Shown one piece after another: positions 60,053 through 64,000 of a stretch of 64,000 bases of DNA (position 1 is the first letter of the stretch; each line of letters opens with the position of its first letter). Origin of the DNA: Syntrophorhabdaceae bacterium (GTDB taxonomy: Bacteria; Desulfobacterota; Syntrophorhabdia; Syntrophorhabdales; Syntrophorhabdaceae); contig OY762209.1 in NCBI GenBank assembly GCA_963665295.1, positions 4,256,001 to 4,320,000 of the forward strand. The letters run 5' to 3'. The position numbers were made by a program, and so were the translations under genes. The notes below the pieces were generated by a model. The model saw only the letters and a list, made by a program, of their open reading frames with translations. It searched no databases and was not told where the DNA came from.

Positions 60053-60625
60053 TTACTCGACCCAAGCCGTGAGCGAATATCTCCACCCGCACCGGTCAAT
60101 CCGCGCGGTAAGGCCGTAACCAGCGAGGAACCGTTTCAGTGTCTCAGGGCTGAAGAAGCCGGCGGGTTCCCCGATCAGTCTCTCCGCAACAGAGATAAAC
60201 CTGCCCGCCATGTGATCCGGGTCAATGTCAAATACAAACAGAACGCCTCCACGCTTCATAACCCGCACTGATTCCTGGAGCGCGTTACCGACATTGTCAA
60301 AATGATGAAGTGCGTCGCCTGTAAAGACCGCATCGAACAGCCCGGTCTTGAACGGCATCTCTTCGGCAACGCCGGCCACCCTCCCCAGGGCAGGCCTCCC
60401 CTGCCTGAGCATCCCCATGGCGGGATCCAGCACCACACAGCGCAGGTCTCTCTTCCTCCGGAGCGCAAGATCCGCAAGTATTCCTGTGCCGCCTCCCAGA
60501 TCGAGCACCAGGGCCTCCGGCCCCAGCGAATTTACCACTTCCCCCAGGCGGTCGCGCACCTTTTGCGGGTACATGGCGTTCCCGAACCTCTTGAAGAGAA
60601 AACCCAGTCGGTTAAAGGGCATCAT
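60053..60625 (-). CDS. Class I SAM-dependent methyltransferase (UbiE-like)
   Basis: VLDLGGGTG, AEEMPF, ALHH, RVMKRGG. Confidence 0.88.
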   Translation of the reverse strand: MMPFNRLGFLFKRFGNAMYPQKVRDRLGEVVNSLGPEALVLDLGGGTGILADLALRRKRDLRCVVLDPAMGMLRQGRPALGRVAGVAEEMPFKTGLFDAVFTGDALHHFDNVGNALQESVRVMKRGGVLFVFDIDPDHMAGRFISVAERLIGEPAGFFSPETLKRFLAGYGLTARIDRCGWRYSLTAWVE

Positions 60626-60691
60626 ATATACACCATAATACGAGGTTTCGTAATTGTGAAGCCGCCGGTTGAGTCGAATCCGGAAGCAGGA

Positions 60692-62038
60692 TCAAAGACT
60701 GTCCGACGGACGCCGGATCAGGGTTATGTGCAGGTCCATGACATTGGTGCCCGTGGGGCCCGTCATGAACAGGCCGCCGCTTTGTTTAAAAAAATTATAG
60801 GAATCATTATTGTTCAGGTACCATTCCGGGTCGAGTCCCAATTCCCTTGCGCGGGTCACGGTAGACCCGTCGACGATCGCGCCCGCCGCATCGGTGGGTC
60901 CGTCGGTCCCGTCGGTACCTGCGGAAAGAAAAGTGATGCCCTCGACACCTTCGATTTCCATGGCAAACGCCAGGGCAAGCTCCGTATTTCTCCCTCCCAA
61001 GCCCTTTCCTGTTACCGTCACCGTGGGTTCTCCGCCCGAAATGAGGCATCCTTCCCTACCCCCGGGGCCTTCTGCACTCCTCAACACCTCAAGACGTTTC
61101 TTCGCCCTGTCCGCGAGTCGGCGCGCAACAGTCCTGGCTTCGCCCTCTATTTCGGTAGACAGCACCTCGGAAGAATAGCCCAAAGCCTCCGCCTTTTCCT
61201 TTGCCGTATTAGTCGCCATTTTGTTGTTTCCCACGATAATGTTGTCCACCCCTGCAAAAATAGGGTTTCCCTCTTTCGGGGTCTCCGGCTCCTTCCCTTC
61301 CGTGCCTCTCCTCAGCAGGGTGAGGACGGACCGGGGCGTCTCTTCAACCAATCCATATTTTGCGATCACCTCACAGGCGTCTGCATAGGTGGTATTGTCG
61401 GGGGCCGTGGGTCCCGACGCAATCACGTCCAGCCTGTCCCCTATGACATCCGAAAGGATGAGGGACAGGGTTTTCCCGGGATGTATGAGGCCGGTAAGTC
61501 TCCCGCCCTTCACCGCGGAGATGTGTTTTCTCACGGCGTTAATCTCATTGATACCCGCCCCTCCCTTGAGAAGCAATCTCGTAACCTCCTGCTTCTCCGC
61601 CAGGGTTACATCCCCGTAAGGAGCAACGAAGAGCGCCGAGCCTCCCCCCGAGATAAGGCACGTAACGAGAGTGCGGGGGTCACCCCGGGCCACCATCGCC
61701 ATAGCCTGCTTCGTCGCTGCGTATCCCTTCAGGTCAGGGACAGGGTGTCCCGCTTCCCGGACAACAATGCGGTCCGGCAGGGCATCCCGGCCTGTGTGGC
61801 CGTATTTGGTGATCACCATTCCAGAGATGATCGCATCGCGGGCATGGTCGATAAGAGCCCTCGTCATTGGATATGCCGCTTTGCCGAAGCTTATAAGGAT
61901 TATCTTGTGAAAACGACCGGATCTGAAAAAGGAGGTAACCATTTCTGCGTGGGACTTCACCGCCTGATAAGGGTCGACCGCCTCCAGAGCAGCGTAAAAG
62001 ATGTCTCTTACCGCATCCTTTTGTTCCGTACCGCTCAT
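60692..62038 (-). CDS. Glycerate kinase type 2 (MOFRL family)
   Basis: FGKAA, HPVPD, ISGGGSAL, SDVIGD, GGRN.E, TDGTDG, TGPTGTNVMD. Confidence 0.93.
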   Translation of the reverse strand: MSGTEQKDAVRDIFYAALEAVDPYQAVKSHAEMVTSFFRSGRFHKIILISFGKAAYPMTRALIDHARDAIISGMVITKYGHTGRDALPDRIVVREAGHPVPDLKGYAATKQAMAMVARGDPRTLVTCLISGGGSALFVAPYGDVTLAEKQEVTRLLLKGGAGINEINAVRKHISAVKGGRLTGLIHPGKTLSLILSDVIGDRLDVIASGPTAPDNTTYADACEVIAKYGLVEETPRSVLTLLRRGTEGKEPETPKEGNPIFAGVDNIIVGNNKMATNTAKEKAEALGYSSEVLSTEIEGEARTVARRLADRAKKRLEVLRSAEGPGGREGCLISGGEPTVTVTGKGLGGRNTELALAFAMEIEGVEGITFLSAGTDGTDGPTDAAGAIVDGSTVTRARELGLDPEWYLNNNDSYNFFKQSGGLFMTGPTGTNVMDLHITLIRRPSDSL

Positions 62039-62078
62039 ATCTCCTCTACGGTATGCCGTCTTGAACCACCCGGGCGTC

Positions 62079-62912
62079 TCATACGTCAATCGGTTTGAAT
62101 ATGAGTACTATGCCCATGACGACAAACACCATGGTCTCAGCGGCGGGTCCCCAGAACCTCCCGGTTATGGCCATGACCATACCAAGAAGAAAGGCGGACA
62201 CAAAGGTGCCCCTCACGTTCCCGAGACCGCCCACAAGGACCACTGCAAAACTGATAAGAAGGACCATCATGCCCATGTAAGGATGGACTGATGTAATAGG
62301 CGCGTAAAGAACCCCGCCCAAAGCCGCAAGGCAGCTTCCAATGATGAATATGTAGGAAAAGTACTTGTCCACGCTTATGCCGAGACCGCGTACCGCGTCC
62401 TTATCCTCGAGAGAGGCCACTACGATCTTTCCCACCATGGTCTTCTTGAAGAAGATGGAGAGACCGAGGAATATGACGATGGCGAGGGCGATAATGATCA
62501 GTCTGTAAAGGGGGAGCGTTACTCCCGCCAGGGAAATATCTATTCCCACAGGGTCGGAAAGGGGAATAGGCGCCGCGCCCCATATCCATTTTATGAGGTC
62601 GATTCCGATGAGGACCACCGCATAGGTGGCGATAATGGCGTAGTCAATAGAAACCCCGTAAAGCTTTCTTATCACGAAGCGCTCAATTACATAGCTTACC
62701 GGGACCACCGCGGCCACCGCCAGCGCGGCTCCGAGAATAAAGTTCTCTCTCACCACCGGCAGGGCGGTTACCAGCAGATATGCGCCCACCGTATATATAA
62801 GACCGTGGGCAAAATTAACGATCCTCATCGTCCCGAAAGTGAGAGACAGGCCTATGCTTATAATGTAAAGGATAGCCCCGATTGTCAGTCCGTACGCGAT
62901 TGTATTTATCAT
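62079..62912 (-). CDS. Branched-chain amino acid ABC permease (LivH-like)
   Basis: GLSLTFG.MRIVNFAHG, GGLGNV.G. Confidence 0.9.
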   Translation of the reverse strand: MINTIAYGLTIGAILYIISIGLSLTFGTMRIVNFAHGLIYTVGAYLLVTALPVVRENFILGAALAVAAVVPVSYVIERFVIRKLYGVSIDYAIIATYAVVLIGIDLIKWIWGAAPIPLSDPVGIDISLAGVTLPLYRLIIIALAIVIFLGLSIFFKKTMVGKIVVASLEDKDAVRGLGISVDKYFSYIFIIGSCLAALGGVLYAPITSVHPYMGMMVLLISFAVVLVGGLGNVRGTFVSAFLLGMVMAITGRFWGPAAETMVFVVMGIVLIFKPIDV

Positions 62913-63901
62913 GGTAGCCTCGTCGTTGCGTTGGCTTTACCCTTGAATCGTTCCACTATGTACCCCCAGATCCCCGTTCTGAACCGGAATACTATAATGA
63001 GCAGGGCAAAACCGAGAAACATCTCCCATCTCGGGATATAGGACGCGAGATAGTTGCTGAGGGTCATATAGAGGACCCCCCCTATTATGGCGCCGTAGAG
63101 GCTTCCCGCCCCGCCTATGAGGGCCGCAAATATTACTTCCACCGCCCTTGACGGGTCGATAAAGCTCGGCGTGACATACCCGTAGTTCAGGATAGACAGG
63201 GCCCCTGCAAAGGCCGAGATGGAGGTAGATATTATGAAGGTCACCCACTTGTATGCGAATGTGTTGTATCCAAGGAATTTGACACGGGTTTCGTTTTCCT
63301 TTATCGATCTTATGAGTACGCCGTACGGTGAAGACGTAAGCTTCTTCAACAGGTAAAAGGTGGCGAGGAGACACAGGAGGACAAATCCGAATATGATGGG
63401 CTTCTTTCCGAAATCCACGAAACCCATCTTGCTGAAATAGGCCGACATGCCATCCTCTCCTCCGGTATACCTCGAAAAGGCTACGATCACGAGGAAATAA
63501 CCCACCTGGTCGAATGCCAGGTTGATAAGGGCAAAGCACGCGCCCGAGGTCCTCACGATGATCGGTCCAAGAATGATCCCCACCAGTGCTCCGGCACAGA
63601 TTCCCGCAAGGATGGCGAGAAAAGGGTTTTTTGATACATGTTCCGTGAAGAGAGTGAGTGCGTACGCCCCTGTCCCGAGATAGAGCATGTGACCGAACGA
63701 AAGCCGACCCATGTACCCGTAAAGCAGGTTGTAACCCAATACAAACACGCAGAATATTATGAAATCCGTCGTCCGGTTGAGGCCCAGAACAGGGAGCAGG
63801 GCCACGAAGCCCGCGGCGATTATCACAATATCAATAAAACTTCTCGGGCCGGTTGTTTTGTACAGACTTTCCTTATTCTGCAGCCTGTTCACCTGCTCCA
63901 T
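62909..63901 (-). CDS. Branched-chain amino acid ABC permease (LivM-like)
   Basis: GYMGRLSFGH, TGGEDG, SPYG...SIKENE, GGAGSLYG. Confidence 0.9.
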   Translation of the reverse strand: MEQVNRLQNKESLYKTTGPRSFIDIVIIAAGFVALLPVLGLNRTTDFIIFCVFVLGYNLLYGYMGRLSFGHMLYLGTGAYALTLFTEHVSKNPFLAILAGICAGALVGIILGPIIVRTSGACFALINLAFDQVGYFLVIVAFSRYTGGEDGMSAYFSKMGFVDFGKKPIIFGFVLLCLLATFYLLKKLTSSPYGVLIRSIKENETRVKFLGYNTFAYKWVTFIISTSISAFAGALSILNYGYVTPSFIDPSRAVEVIFAALIGGAGSLYGAIIGGVLYMTLSNYLASYIPRWEMFLGFALLIIVFRFRTGIWGYIVERFKGKANATTRLP

Positions 63902-64000
63902 CCTCCTATGCCTTCCTTTAGTGGGGTCCGGCGGCTCTATCCGGGCGGATCGCACGCATGCCCGGATGGGGTCCGTCGAACCCCGGGGGGAAGTATAATC

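Noticed and set aside
60302..62098. 598-aa plus-strand ORF
   Set aside because: Antisense shadow of glycerate kinase and methyltransferase; no motifs; common in GC-rich DNA

Overview
Core chromosomal window from a GC-rich anaerobic bacterium. Gene content (split flavocytochrome c, three-domain NifU, Liv-type ABC genes, sigma54 systems) points to a deltaproteobacterium/Desulfobacterota, possibly Syntrophorhabdus-like; this is an inference and no database search was run. From left to right: small metabolic, transport and hypothetical genes; a complete rRNA operon on the minus strand (16S-tRNA-Ile-tRNA-Ala-23S-5S); a thiamine/sulfur block (thiE-thiS-thiG-thiH, a metI/metC-like pair, nifU-nifS-thiM-thiE2); and a ~19 kb gas-vesicle locus (32.4-51.7 kb). 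The gas-vesicle locus has a multi-PAS kinase and a sigma54 activator, then a palindromic enhancer-like site and a -24/-12 promoter. These precede gvpA, three paralogous GvpC-like helical proteins (one with six tandem 33-aa repeats plus a winged-helix-like tail), gvpN, an Hsp20/ArsA/CDC48/GvpF-J-domain chaperone module, four GvpL/F genes, gvpG, gvpO, a GvpJ-like/GvpK fusion and gvpJ. The right end holds thyX, a papain-family protease fused to a chagasin-like domain, an rpoH-like sigma factor, tatA, a Tat flavocytochrome c with a hexaheme cytochrome, glycerate kinase and livM/livH. Three small ORFs missing from the ORF track, a likely CTG start and several long non-coding hairpins were also found. 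No CRISPR array, transposase or prophage was seen.
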